62,297 bases of DNA from Malacoraja senta. Its lineage: Eukaryota. A program made the translations under genes and the position numbers. Positions within the stretch are counted from its first letter, which is position 1. Each line of letters opens with the position of its first letter. A model generated the notes under the pieces. The model was not told the origin of the DNA. It saw nothing but the letters and a program-made list of their open reading frames with translations, and searched no databases. Below, piece after piece: positions 45,874-58,059 of the stretch. The stretch is from the NCBI GenBank assembly GCA_038087875.1, contig JAXLNO010000576.1, positions 1 to 62,297 on the forward strand, written 5' to 3'.

Positions 45874-46599
45874 GGACTGACCGTTCTGTATCAGAAAGGG
45901 AGCAGTCAGGGAAAGGTGCAAAAAAGATTTATGATGATGTTACTCGATCTGGAAGGTTAGAGTTGTGAGGAGTAGCTGGTCAGACTAGGGCTATTTGCCC
46001 TGGAGGGTCAGATGCTTAGGTGGGGTGGTCCAATGACAGTTGTGGCATTGGATGACACCAGGTGCGGCAGTGACCACACCAGCACTCTCAGTAGAGTGAA
46101 CACATGGGATATATTTAATTTACAGTGGTAAGAAAGTCCAAGACCAGGAGGGGGCACTGTCCCATGCCATCAGAGCCCATGTGCAATGACACAGGCAATC
46201 TCAGGCTTGTCCCAGCAGTTCACCCTTGCCTGGAGTAAGGCTATGGCAGTCTCAAGTTTCTTCTTAGCAGCTCAGCTTTGGGCGTGAAGAGGGAGGAGGG
46301 GGGAGGGTGTGTGCATGTATGTGATTTGTGTCTTTCCTTTAGTTATTTGAAGAGGCTCTGCCATCTGTGGCTGGTCCCTGTCGCAACCACACTGGTGGTC
46401 TCTGTTTTGTCCCAGTTGCTCAGTCTACCTCATACCTCACCCTCCCTAGAATGCCTGGGTTTTATATGTAGAAGGCTGACAAGGTTCAAGTGCCCAACCA
46501 ATATCAGCAAATGGACCCAGCTGTTACCAAGGATGCTGGGAATTGGCCTGGCCTGTCAGCTAGTGATAGGGATCAGAACGACATCCAACGAAGAGGGTG

Positions 46600-48010
46600 C
46601 TGTCTCATGGTATATAAAATCATGCAGGGGGCATAGACAAGATGGATAGCCACAGTCTTCTTCCCAGGCTAGGGTACTCTAAAACCAGAGGGGATAGGTT
46701 TCAGGTGAGAGGAATCAGACAAATTGGCTTCATGGAAGGAAGCAGAGGGTGATGGTGGAAGGTTGCTTCTCGGACTGGAGGCCTGTGATTAGTGTTGTGC
46801 CTCAGGGTTCGGTGCTGGGCCCGTTACTGTTTGTCATCTACATTAATGATTTGGATGAGAACATACAGGGCAAGATTAGCAAGTTTGCTGATGATACAAA
46901 AGTGGGTGGTTTTGCAGATAGTGAAGATGGTTGTGAAAGATTGCAGCAGGATCTGGATCGATTGGCCAGGTGGGCTGCGGAATAGTTGATGAAATTTAAT
47001 ACAGAGAAGTGTGAGATGTTGCATTTTGGCAAATTTAACTAGGGCAGGACCTACACATTGAATAGTAGGCCTCTGGGGAGTGTTATAGAGCAGAGGGATC
47101 TAGGAATACAGGTGCATGGTTCCTTGGCCGAGTCGCAGGTAGATAAGGTGGTCAAAAAGGCTTTTGGCACATTGGCCTTCATCAGTCAGAATATTGAGTA
47201 TAGAAGTTGGGAGGTCATGTTGTATGAGACGTTGATGAGACCGCATTTAGAGTACTGTGTTCAGTTCTGGGCACCATGTTATAAGAAAGATATTTTCAAG
47301 CTTAAAAGGGTTCAGAGAAGACTTACGAGGATGTTGCCAGGACTAGAGGGTCTGAGCTATAAGGAGAGGTTGAGTAGGCTGGGTCTCTATTCCTTGGAGT
47401 GCAGGAGGATGAGGGGTGATCTTATAGAGATGTATGAGATCATGAGAGGAATAGATCGGGTAGATGCACAGAGTCTCTTGCCCAGAGTAGGGGAATTGAG
47501 GACCAGAGGACGTAGGTTTAAGGTGAAGGGGAAAGGATTTAATAGGAATCTTAGGGGTAATTTTTTCACTCAAAGGGTGGTGGGTGTATGCAACAAGCTT
47601 CCAGAGGAGGTAGTTGAGGCTGGGACTACCCCAACGTTTAAGAAACAGTTAGACAGGTATATGGATAGGACAAGTTTGGAAGGAAATGGATCAAGTGCAA
47701 GCAGGTGGGACTAGTGTAGCTGGGACATGTTGGCTGTTGTGGGCAAGTTGGGCCGAAGGGCCTGTTTTCACACTGTTTCACTCTATGATTCTATGACAAC
47801 TTTTTAACACAGTATATGGAACAAGATGCCAGAGGAAATGGTTGAGGCAGGTAAAATAACTATATTCAAATGACATTTGGACAGGAACACGGATAGCAAA
47901 TGTTTGGATGGATTTGGACTAGGTGTAGACAAGTGGGAGTAGCTTGGTTAGGCAACATGGTCGACATGGCCTAGTTGGGCCGAAGAGCTTGTTGTAGATG
48001 TCTATAACTC
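46600..48010 (+). mobile_element. Nested CR1 (HER1-like) 3' fragments; main copy 46715-47795
   Basis: VPQGSVLGPLLF..FADD...FTQRVVGV; tail cactctatgattctatgac. Confidence 0.88.
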
Positions 48011-48272
48011 TATAAGTTTATGTTAGACTTCATTTGAACAAACATATTGGAGAATCAGGGCTACACTTGTGGACTGAACAGATGTTTTCTTCCACCTTCC
48101 TCATTTGATTACATTGCTGAAAATCTCAAAATAAATTTTAGGCTAAATTTCCTTCAGGTGGTTTTCATAAGAAATATTCTTTTGTATGTATCTTTTTGTC
48201 AAATTGGTTGTTAGGTGGGTGAAGGTTTCATTAAATGCTGCGTAAGTGCAAACTAAAATGTTGTCTCAACAG

Positions 48273-48339
48273 TATGGATTTTCTGAAGAACAGCCCTATT
48301 CATAAGCTGACCGAAGATAAGCTATCGGCATCCACCTCA
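48273..48339 (+). pseudogene. TTC27: TTC27-like 67-nt exon
   Basis: Acceptor ctcaacag, donor gtaagt. MDFLKNSPIHKLTEDKLSASTS aligns with human TNFQKNNPVHTLTEVELLAFTS at the same length. Confidence 0.82.
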
Positions 48340-48699
48340 GTAAGTGCTGCAGTCTTTTGTTTATTCCTGTATTACTGCGTGCCCTCTTCACTTGAGATTA
48401 GGTCTGAGCCAACACTGGTTGAAACATTTTCAGTACTTTTCCACATTAATGTTTCCATGTTCGATGGATCTCTGAATTCAGTAGAGTTGGTGGAAACTGA
48501 AAAATGTACATTTTTGAACATTGCACGGATGAAAACTGAGGAGAATTAAGTATATTTTTATTGAAATTTATGCTGACATTATAAACTGACGCAGACAGTG
48601 AGAGCCATTATGGGTGGCTAGTTTCTTTGAAGACTGTTGGAGGATTCAAACTTTATATAAAGAAAAGCTTTGCTCTTCAGTAAGATCATGTTCATTTCC

Positions 48700-48983
48700 A
48701 GTTTAGTTTAGTTTAATGATGCAGCACGGGAACGGGCCCTTCGGCCCACTGAGTCCTCGCTGACTAATGATCACGTGTACACTTGTTCTGGCTCACAATT
48801 AGGGACAATTAACAGAAGCCAATTAACCTACTCATCTTTTGAATGTGGGAGAAAATTAGAGCACCTGGAGAAAACCTGCACGGTTACAGGGAGAATGTAC
48901 AAACTCTGTACATGCAGCATCCGTAGTCGGGATTAAACCATGGTGTCTGGTGCTGTAAGGCAGCAACTCTGCCACCGTGCTGC
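48700..48983 (-). mobile_element. HE1-type SINE
   Basis: (gttta)n tail and reverse-complement body. Confidence 0.82.
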
Positions 48984-49639
48984 TGTGTTATAATTGTTCC
49001 TTTCTCTTGTTAGTGATTATCTTGCAAGACTATTTCTATCCTACTAAACAAACTTTGGTTTCATGTTCTGGGCAGCATCTCATGGCTCCATCTCAAGGTC
49101 TCATGAATCGTATAGTACGGAGGATGAAGTAGCTTTTTGTCCTAGGATTCCAGCCTCCGATGTTTATCTTTCTTCATACATATTTATTATTTTGGAACAT
49201 GGGAGAGAGCATCAAAAATCTCCTTCATGTGGCGTCGGAAGAATATTCACACAGTAAAAAGATCAAAAGAGATTTTTGAATTGGTTTATTTTATGCTTTC
49301 AGGATATAAAAGAGGATAGAAAAAGCTTCTTCAGATATAAAGAGTAAGAAAGAAGCAAGAGTGGGCATTGGACTGCTGGAAATTGATGCTGGAGAAGTGA
49401 TAATTGGGAATAATGAAATGGCAGATGAAATGAATACGTTTTTTGCATCATTCTTCACAGTGGAAGAAAGCGGGAAGGTGCTGAAAATTCATGCGAGTCA
49501 GGGGTGGAAGTTAGTTGTGGCCATTACTAAGGAGAAGGTGCTTGGGAAGCTGAAAGGTCTAAAAGTGGATGTCACCTGAACCAGAGGGACTGCACCCCAG
49601 GGTAATGAAAGTCGTTGTTTTGGAGATTGTGGAGGCATG

Positions 49640-49956
49640 AGTTTAGTTTAGTTTAAAGATGCAGCGCGGAAACAGGCCCTGCAGCCCACCGGGTCCACGC
49701 CGACCAGCGATCACCGCACATTAACACTATCCTACATACACTAGGGACAATTTTTACATTTACTAAACCAATTAACCTACAAATCTGCACGTCTTTGGAG
49801 TGTGGGAGGAAACCGAAGATCTCGGCGAAAACCCACGTAGATCATGGGGAGAACGTAAAACTCCATATGGACAGACCCGTAGTCAGGATCGAACCCAGTC
49901 TCCGGCGCTGCATTCGCTGTAAGGCAGCAACTCTACCGCTGCGCCACCGTGACCGC
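49640..49956 (-). mobile_element. HE1-type SINE inserted in a CR1 fragment
   Basis: Full-length reverse-complement match; CR1 remnant on the left (49300-49639). Confidence 0.88.
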
Positions 49957-50044
49957 ATCCTCCTGTGATCTTTCAAGACTCACTAGTCAAGGGTGTTCCA
50001 GACGATTTGAAAATTGCAAATATTACTCTGCTGTTAGAGTTAGA

Positions 50045-51285
50045 GTCTTACAGCGTGGAAATAGGCCCTTTGTCCAACTTACCCACACTGGCCAACATGT
50101 CCTATCTACACTAGTCCCACTTGACTACGGGCGCTGTCTGTACGGGGTTTGTACCTTCTCTCCGTGATCTGCGTGGGTTTTCTCCGAGATCTTCGGTTTC
50201 CTCCCACACTCCAAAGACGTACAGGTTTATAGGTTAATTGGCTTGGTAAATGTAAAAATGTCCCGAGTGGGTGTAGGATAGTGTTAACGTGCAGGGATCG
50301 CTGGTCGGCGCGGACCCGGTGGGACAAAGGGCCTGTTTCCACGCTGTATCTCTAAACTAAACTAAACTAAACTAAACCTACCTGCATTAGGCCTATATGC
50401 CTCTAAACCTGTCCTATCCATGTACCTGTCTAAATGTTTCTTAAATGATGCGATAGTGCATGCCTCAACTACCTCCTCTGGCAGTTTGTTCCATACAACC
50501 ACCACCCTTTACATGCGAATGTTTCCCCTCAGATTCTTATTAAATCTTTCCCCCCCTCACCTTAAACCTACAATATGTTGCCTGGTTCATGATGCTCCTT
50601 CTCTGGGCAAGAGACTCTGTGTGTCTATCCAATCTATTCTTCTTTAAGATCACCCCTCATCCTCCTGTGCTCCAAGGAATAAAGTTCCAGCTTGCTCAAC
50701 CTTTCTCCACAGCTCAGTCCCTCGAGTCCTGGCAACATTCTTGTGAACAGACACAAAATGCTGGAGTAACTCAGCGGGACAGGCAGCATCTTTGGATGGA
50801 AGGAATGGCTAACGTTTCAGGTCAAGACCCTTCCGCAGACTTCCTTGTACAACATCCTTGTAAATCTTCTCTGCACCCTTTTCAGTGTGACATCATCTTT
50901 CCTATAACGTGGTGCCCAAAACTGAACACAATACTCTAAATGTGGCCTCACCAACGTCTTATACAACTGCAACATGACCTCCCAACCTCTATGTTCAATG
51001 CTCTGACTGATGAAGGCCAATGTGCCAAAAGCCTTTTTGTCTACACTATCTACATGTGATGCCACTTTCACCGAACTATGTACCTGTATTCCTAGTTCCC
51101 TCTGCTCTACAACACTCCCCAGAGCCCTACTGTTCACTATTTAGGTTCTGCCCATGTTAGGCGTCTCAAAAATGCAATACCTCACATTTCTCTGTATTAA
51201 ATTCCAGCAACCATTCCTCAGCCCACCTGGCCAACCGATCAAGTCCCTGCTGCAATTTTTGACAACCATCTTCATTATCTACAAT
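50045..51285 (-). mobile_element. CR1 3' fragment with a nested HE1 SINE (+, 50122-50376) and a PLE-associated repeat (50745-50849)
   Basis: RPHLEYCVQFWAP motif; the PLE repeat is flanked by CAACATTCTTGT (50733-50744) and CAACATCCTTGT (50850-50861). Confidence 0.85.
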
Positions 51286-52637
51286 TTGTGGAGAAAAATA
51301 CTACTCAGTATATAGGAACTTGCATGCATTCAGAATTACGACTTTGACTTAATTATTTTAACTTGTGTCATCAAGGGGCCTGGTCTTGCACACCAGTGGA
51401 AAGGAAAAACATATTTGAGGTTCAAGGAGGTGCTCTTCTGAACAGCAGATTGCAGAGCAGTCATAGTGCAACATAAGGCCAGATTTTACGACTGGTTTCG
51501 GTCTGGATTTTATGATTGGCAATATAACTTAAGTTTGAAAGTACGCAGCCCTGTTTCTTGGCTAAAGTATCTATGTAGTACAAAGAGATTACCAGATGGT
51601 CACTGCACAGTATTTAGATCAAAATGGCAAATGTAAATGAGTATTAGTTCATATATATTTATACACATAATTGCTTGGTAATTCATCCTGGCCAATTCAC
51701 ATAATGCCTGAGCACAGAGCACAATTTCTGAATCATTGCTCCATTGACATTGATGCAACTAAAATTACATGATATGAGCAACATAGATATGAGCTGCCAT
51801 TAAATTGTTCTTTTAAGGCATGTGACCATGTAAGGCATTTTTCTCCACCCCATTTCTTTTAAGGCAAACTGATATTGTCCTTGTGCTGTTGGCTTGCACT
51901 GTTGAAGTGTGCAAAATGGTTTGATTCACGAAAGGCAGAGCATCAAATTTCAACATTATAAATCGATTACAAATCATCTGATGTTAATATTGTTTTGCGA
52001 TTGATATACTTTTGCTGTACTTTGTGTTTGTTGCATTACCTGTGGGTTGGGACTGTAATTTTTTTGATATTCATCTTCACATTGTAAGTTTGCGGAGGCA
52101 AAAATCTTACATCCATTTAAAAGCCTCTTCAGTGATAAAGAAATTGTATAATCTTTCTGAAAGGATAGCCAAATGATCTTTCTTGGTTTTGTCAATTTTA
52201 CAAGCAATAATGTGCATTATTCTGTGGCACTGTTCCTTGTTTGATTGTGTTGTACTTACAGTGGCTTGCAAAGGTTTTCATACCCCTTGAACTTTTCCAC
52301 ATTTTGTCACGTTACAACTACAAACGTAAATGTATTTTATTGGGATTTTATTTGATAGACCAACACAAAGTGGTGCATAATTGCGAAGTGGAAGGAAAAT
52401 GATACATGGTTTTCAAATTTTTTTACAAATAAAAAACTGAAAAGTGTGGCGTGCAAAGGTATTCAGCCCCCTTTACTCTGATACCCCTAAATAAAATCCA
52501 GTGCAACCAATTGCCTTCAGAAGTCACCTAATTAGTAAATAGAGTCCACTTGTGTGTAATCTAATCTCAGTATAAATACAGCTGTTCTGTGAAGGCCTCA
52601 GAGGTTTGTTAGAGAACATTATTGAACAAACAGCATC

Positions 52638-54942
52638 ATGAAGCCCAAGGAACACACCAGATAGGTCAGGGATAAAGTTGTGGAGAAGTTTAAAGAAGGG
52701 TTAGGTTATAAAAAATATCCCAAGCTTTGAACATCTCACAGAGCACTGTTCAATCCATCATCCGAAAATGGAAAGAGTATGGCACAACTGCAAACCTACC
52801 AAGACATGGCCGTCCACCTAAAGTGACAGGCCGGGCAAGGAGAGCATTGATCAGAGAAGCAGCCAAGAGGCCCATGGTAACTCTGGAGGAGCTGCAGAGA
52901 TCCACAGCTCAGGTGGGAGAATCTGTCCACAGGACAACTATTAGTCGTGCACTCCACAAATCGGGCCTTTATGGAAGAGTGGCAAGAAGAAAGCCATTGC
53001 TGAAAAAACCCCATAAGAAGTCCCATTTGCAGTTTGCCACAAGCCATGTGGGGGACACAGCAAACATGTGGAGGAAGATGCTCTGGTCAGATGAGACCTA
53101 AATTGAAGTTTTTGGCCTAAATGCAAAACGCTATGTGTGGCGGAAAACTAACACTGCACATCACCCTGAACACACCATCCCCACTGTGAAACATGGTGGT
53201 GGCAGCATCATGCTGTGGGGATGCTTTTCTTCAGCAGGGACAGGGAAGCTGGTCAGAGTTGATGGGAAGATGGATGGAGCCAAATACAGGGCAATCTTGG
53301 AAGAAAACCTGTTAGAGTCTGCAAAAGACATAGATACATAGACAATAGGTGCAGGAGTAGGCCATTCGGCCCTTCGAGCCTGCACCGCCATTCAATATGA
53401 TCATGGCTGATCATCCAACTCAGTATCCCGTACCTGCCTTCTCTCCATACCCCCTGATCCCCTTAGCCACAAGGGCCACATCTAACTCCCTCTTAAATAT
53501 AGCCAATGAACTGGCCTCAACTACCCTCTGTGGCAGAGAGTTCCAGAGATTCACCACTCTCTGTGTGAATAAGTTTTTCCTCATCTTGGTCTTAAAGGAT
53601 TTCCCCCTTATCCTTAAGCTGAGAACCCTTGTCCTGGACTTCCCCAACATCGGGAACAATCTTCCTGCATCTAGCCTGTCCAACCCCATAAGAATTTTGT
53701 ACGTTTCTATAAGATCCCCTCTCAATCTCCTAAATTCTAGCGAGTATAAGCCAAGTCTATCCAGTCTTTCTTCATATGAAAGTCCTGACATCCCAGGAAT
53801 CAGTCTGGTGAACCTTCTCTGCACTCCCTCTATGGCTATAATGTCCTTCCTCAGATTTGGAGACCAAAACTGTACGCAATACTCCAGGTGTGGTCTCACC
53901 AAGACTCTGTACAACTGCAGTAGAACCTCCCTGCTCCTATACTCAAATCCTTTTGCTATGAAAGCTAACATACCATTCGCTTTCTTCACTGCCTGCTGCA
54001 CCTGCATGCCTACTTTCAATGACTGGTGTACCATGACACCCAGGTCTCGCTGCATCTCCCCATTTCCTAATCGGCCACCATTTAGATAATAGTCTGCTTT
54101 CCTGTTTTTGCCACCAAAGTGGATAACCTCACATTTATCCACATTATACTGCATCTGCCAAACATTTGCCCACTCACCCAGCCTATCCAAGTCACCTTGC
54201 AGTCTCCTAGCATCCTCCTCACAGCTAACACTGCCCCCCAGCTTAGTGTCATCCGCAAACTTGGAGATGTTGCCTTCAATTCCCTCATCCAGCTCATTAA
54301 TATAAATTGTAAATAGCTGGGGTCCCAGCACTGAGCCTTGCGGTACCCCACTAGTCACTGCCTGCCATTGTGAAAAGGACCCGTTTACTCCTACTCTTTG
54401 CTTCCTGTTTGCCAGCCAGTTCTCTATCCACATCAATACTGAACCCCCAATACCGTGTGCTTTAAGTTTGTATACTAATCTCTTATGTGGTACCTTGTCG
54501 AAAGCCTTCTGAAAGTCCAGATACAACACATCCGCTGGTTCTCCCCTATCCACTCTACTAGTTACATCCTCGAAAAATTCTATAAGATTCGTCAGACACG
54601 ATTTACCTTTCGTAAAAAGACTTGAGACTGGGGCGGAGGTTCACCTTCCAGCAGGACAACGACCCTAAACATACAGCCAGAGCTACAATGGAATGGTTTA
54701 GATCAAAGCATATTCTTGTGTTAGAATGTCAAAGTCTAGACCTAAATCCAATTGATAATCTCTGGCAAGACTTGAAAATTGCTGTTCACAGACGCTCTCC
54801 ATCCAATCTGACTGAGCTTGAGATATTTTGCAAAGAAGAATGGGCAAACATTTCAGTCTCTAGATGTGCAAAGCTGGTAGAGACATACCCCAAAAGACTT
54901 GCAGCTGTAATTGCAGCGAAAGGTGGTTCTACAAAGTATTGA
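52638..54942 (+). pseudogene. Tc1 transposase, disabled
   Basis: [30 protein letters not shown] | FQQDNDPKH..DLNPIDNLW..GGSTKY. 1-nt deletion near 52712, TAA at 53099, CR1 insertion, and D at the catalytic E position. Confidence 0.9.
53330..54614 (-). mobile_element. Young 5'-truncated CR1 inside the Tc1
   Basis: Open 377-aa RT ORF (53420-54553), nearly identical to 28760-30035; TSD AAAAGAC at 53323-53329 and 54615-54621. Confidence 0.95.
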
Positions 54943-55241
54943 CTCGGGGGGGCTGAATACTTTTGCACGCGACACTTTTCAGTTTTTTATTTGTAAAAAA
55001 ATTTGAAAACCATGTATCATTTTCCTTCCACTTCATAATTATGCACCACTTTGTGTTGGTCTATCACATAAAATCCCAATAAAATACATTTACGTTTGTG
55101 GTTGTAACGTGACACAATGTGGAAAAGTTCAAGGGGTATGAAAACTTTTGCAAGCCACTGTATATTCTCCGAGAGGAAACCATTGTGTCCATGCTAACTC
55201 CCACAGGAGCAATCCTGTGGGAGTTAGCATCACAATCAAAT

Positions 55242-55341
55242 GTCTGAAGAAGGGTCTCAACCTGAAATGTCACCCATTCCTTCTCTCCAGAGATGCTGCC
55301 TGTCCCGCTGAGGTACTCCAGCATTTTGTGTCTATCTTGGA
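55242..55341 (+). mobile_element. PLE-associated short repeat
   Basis: gtCTGAAGAagggtctcaacctGAAAtgtcacc; flanks CAATCAAAT and CAATCACAT. Confidence 0.75.
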
Positions 55342-55823
55342 GCAATCACATTGGTCCCATTCCATCTCTTGTTCCCCTGACACCTTGCAACTTATTCTGC
55401 CATACACATGCTTATCAACTTTTCTTTTTTTTTTTTGCAATTAATCCACATTATGGGGTGATTTACAGCAACCAATTAACCTATCTTCGGAATGCTGTTA
55501 TTTTTATTTTACACCACTTTTCGAGTAAAACCATGCATCTGGTTTATTGTGTTGCGATATAAGGAGATGGCTGATTGGACCAATCTGGGCTCGAGGTTTC
55601 CAACAGAGAAGCTGCAGGAGCAATGGATCTAGACTTCCGACACTCTCTTTTCCTGTTCGATTCTTCCATATGAGCATATGACCAAACACTGGTTTTATGT
55701 GCGATCTTGGAGGAAATTGAACTCCAGTGAGGAACCCACGCAGTCACATGGGGAAAATGCAAAATCCACATAGTCTGAATCTGGGTCCCTGGAACTGTGA
55801 GGAAGCACCACCAACTGCTATGC

Positions 55824-56058
55824 ATAGACACAAAATGCTGGAGTAACGCAGCGGGACAGGCAGCATCTCTGGAGAGAAGGAATGGGTGACGTTTCGGGTC
55901 AAGACCCTTCTTTAGACTTCTTCAGGAGTTTGAAGAAGGGTCTCAACCCGAAATGTTTCCCCTTTCCATCTCTGCAGAGATGCTGCCTGTCCCGCTGAGT
56001 TACTCCAGCATTTTGTGTCTATCTTCGGTGTAAACCAGCATCTGCAGTTCCTTCCTAC
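55824..56058. mobile_element. Fold-back PLE-associated element
   Basis: ~95-bp inverted arms; flanked by ACCAACTGCTATGC (55810-55823) and ACCAATTGCTGTGC (56059-56072). Confidence 0.85.
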
Positions 56059-56564
56059 ACCAATTGCTGTGCCTCAGGCTGCCTTTTATCACTTGATCCA
56101 TTGAATTTATTTTCTGAATATATTTTGTCAGATTAAAGGGCAAGGCACCCAGGATTCAGGAACCCGGGATGACAAGATATATCCAGGCTCTGGTTAGGTA
56201 AAAGGAGACGTGAAACAAGTATAGGCAGCAGGGATAAAGCCTTTCTGTGGAAGAGTATAGGGGATTGAGAAGTGTACTTAAATTGGAAACCAGGAGAGCA
56301 AAAAAGGGCCATAAAGTAGCACTGGCAGATAAGATTAAGGAGAATCCAAAGTGTTTTTATAGGCATGTTAATGAGAAAAGGGTAACTAAGGAGAGAATAG
56401 GGATCCTCAGAAACCAAAATGGTCATCTGTTTGTGGAGCTGCAGGTTGGCACGTCTACATAGAAACATAGGAATTAGGTGCAGGAGTAGGCCATTCGGCC
56501 CTTTGAGCCAGCACCGCCATTCAATATGATCATGGCTGATCATCCAAGATTTGGAGGAGGACAC

Positions 56565-56706
56565 CACAGATCTCGAAGAGAACCCAAGCAGGTCACAGGG
56601 AGAACGTACAAACTCCGTACAGACAGCACCCGTAGTCAGGATCGAACCAGGGTCTCTGGCGCTCTACAGCAGGCAGTCGCTTTACCGCTACGCCACCGTG
56701 CTGCCC
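56565..56706 (-). mobile_element. HE1-type SINE 5' half
   Basis: tRNA-like head reverse complement (caggatcgaacc...gccaccgtgctgccc). Confidence 0.8.
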
Positions 56707-57589
56707 TTGTTTTCATCATGGAGAGAAGATGAGCAGATTTGGTGTGAGTGAATAGTCGCATTTATTTGGTTACATTTAGTCCTTTGAATTACAGCAGATT
56801 TGCCACCAGCATTAACTAACTATTGATATTATATATTTTTTTTAAATAATTGATTTGACCCTTCGTGCCAGTGATCTTGGTGTGATTATTTTCAATGAAC
56901 TCTTGCTGATGAGTTCTCCATTTGTGAAAACATTCCATGTAATCCCTTGAGTCATTCTCGGAGTATAAAATGTCTGGAGATTTATTGTAGAAGTTGTAAA
57001 GGTATCACAGGATTACATTATGATAGCAGTAAATCGGTGCCGCTTACCCATAGAGAGTTCAAAATAGTCTCTTTTGGCTTATTGTTGATCTAAACGGGAG
57101 CATGCAAGTTGTTAATCAAAGTGTGACTTTTAGTATTACAGGAAGAGACTCATCTCAGTAGGTGAGTTGAACAGTGCAGTTTGTTACAACATTTGTTCTC
57201 TTCCAACTTTAAATACCACCCACCTTAAGTAATCAGTGAAACTAACATTGCAGTCAGGAAGTTGATCATAAAAGTTGAGTATAGAAGTTGTGATGTTATG
57301 TTACAGTTGTATACGACGTTGGTGAGATCACACTTGGAATATTGTATTTGATTTTGGTCACCCTGCTTTAGGAATTGTACCATTAAGCTGGAAAGGGTGC
57401 AGAGAAGATTTATGAGTATGTTGCCAGGACTTGACGGCGTAAGCTGTAGGGAGAGGTTGACCAGACTTTATTCCTTGGAGCGCAGGAGGCCAAAGGGTGA
57501 TCTTATAGAGAGGTATAACATCTTGAGAGGAAATGGATAGGGGGAATGCACAGTCTTTATCCCAGAGTAGGGAAATCAAGGTCATAGGT

Positions 57590-57872
57590 CAGGGGTATGA
57601 AAATCATGACCACCAGGTTCAAGAATAACTTCTTCCCAACAACCATCAGGCTCTTGAACACTGCACAACACTAATCTCAAAGATGAACTTCTATGGACCG
57701 GCTTTGGTTGCACTAAGGACATTGAGTGTTTTTTTGCACTAGTATTGTGGTTATTAATTTATTGAATCTTTGTTTATTGTATATTATGTATATGTATTGT
57801 GTTTACCAGTCTGTTATACAGCTGCAAGCAAGAATTTCATTGCTCCATCGTCAGTATATACTTGACTCTTGA
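57590..57872 (+). mobile_element. Rex1/Babar-type 3' end
   Basis: TTRFKNNFFPTTIRLLN, then 3' UTR and (cttgact)n tail. Confidence 0.65.
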
Positions 57873-58059
57873 GAATGTTGAGAAGGGTGAGGTCCTAGAC
57901 ATAATGTACATGGACATCAGCAAGGCCATGAAGATTCTGCATGGTAGGCTGCTCTAGAAAGTTATTTTGCATTGGATTCAAGGAGAGTTAGCTAACTAGA
58001 TACATACACAGGGAACTACAGATGTTAGAATCTTGCATAGACCTCGAAGTGCTCTAATA

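Larger units (their letters stand above)
52259..55160 (+). mobile_element. Tc1 DNA transposon interrupted by CR1
   Basis: TA TSD at 52257-52258 and 55161-55162; ~210-bp TIRs starting CAGTGGCTTGCAAA. Confidence 0.95.

Noticed and set aside
49063..49140. FWA...ST as the next TTC27 exon (KFWAIQ...GSTRRVERA)
   Set aside because: Only a few matching residues and no suitable splice sites.
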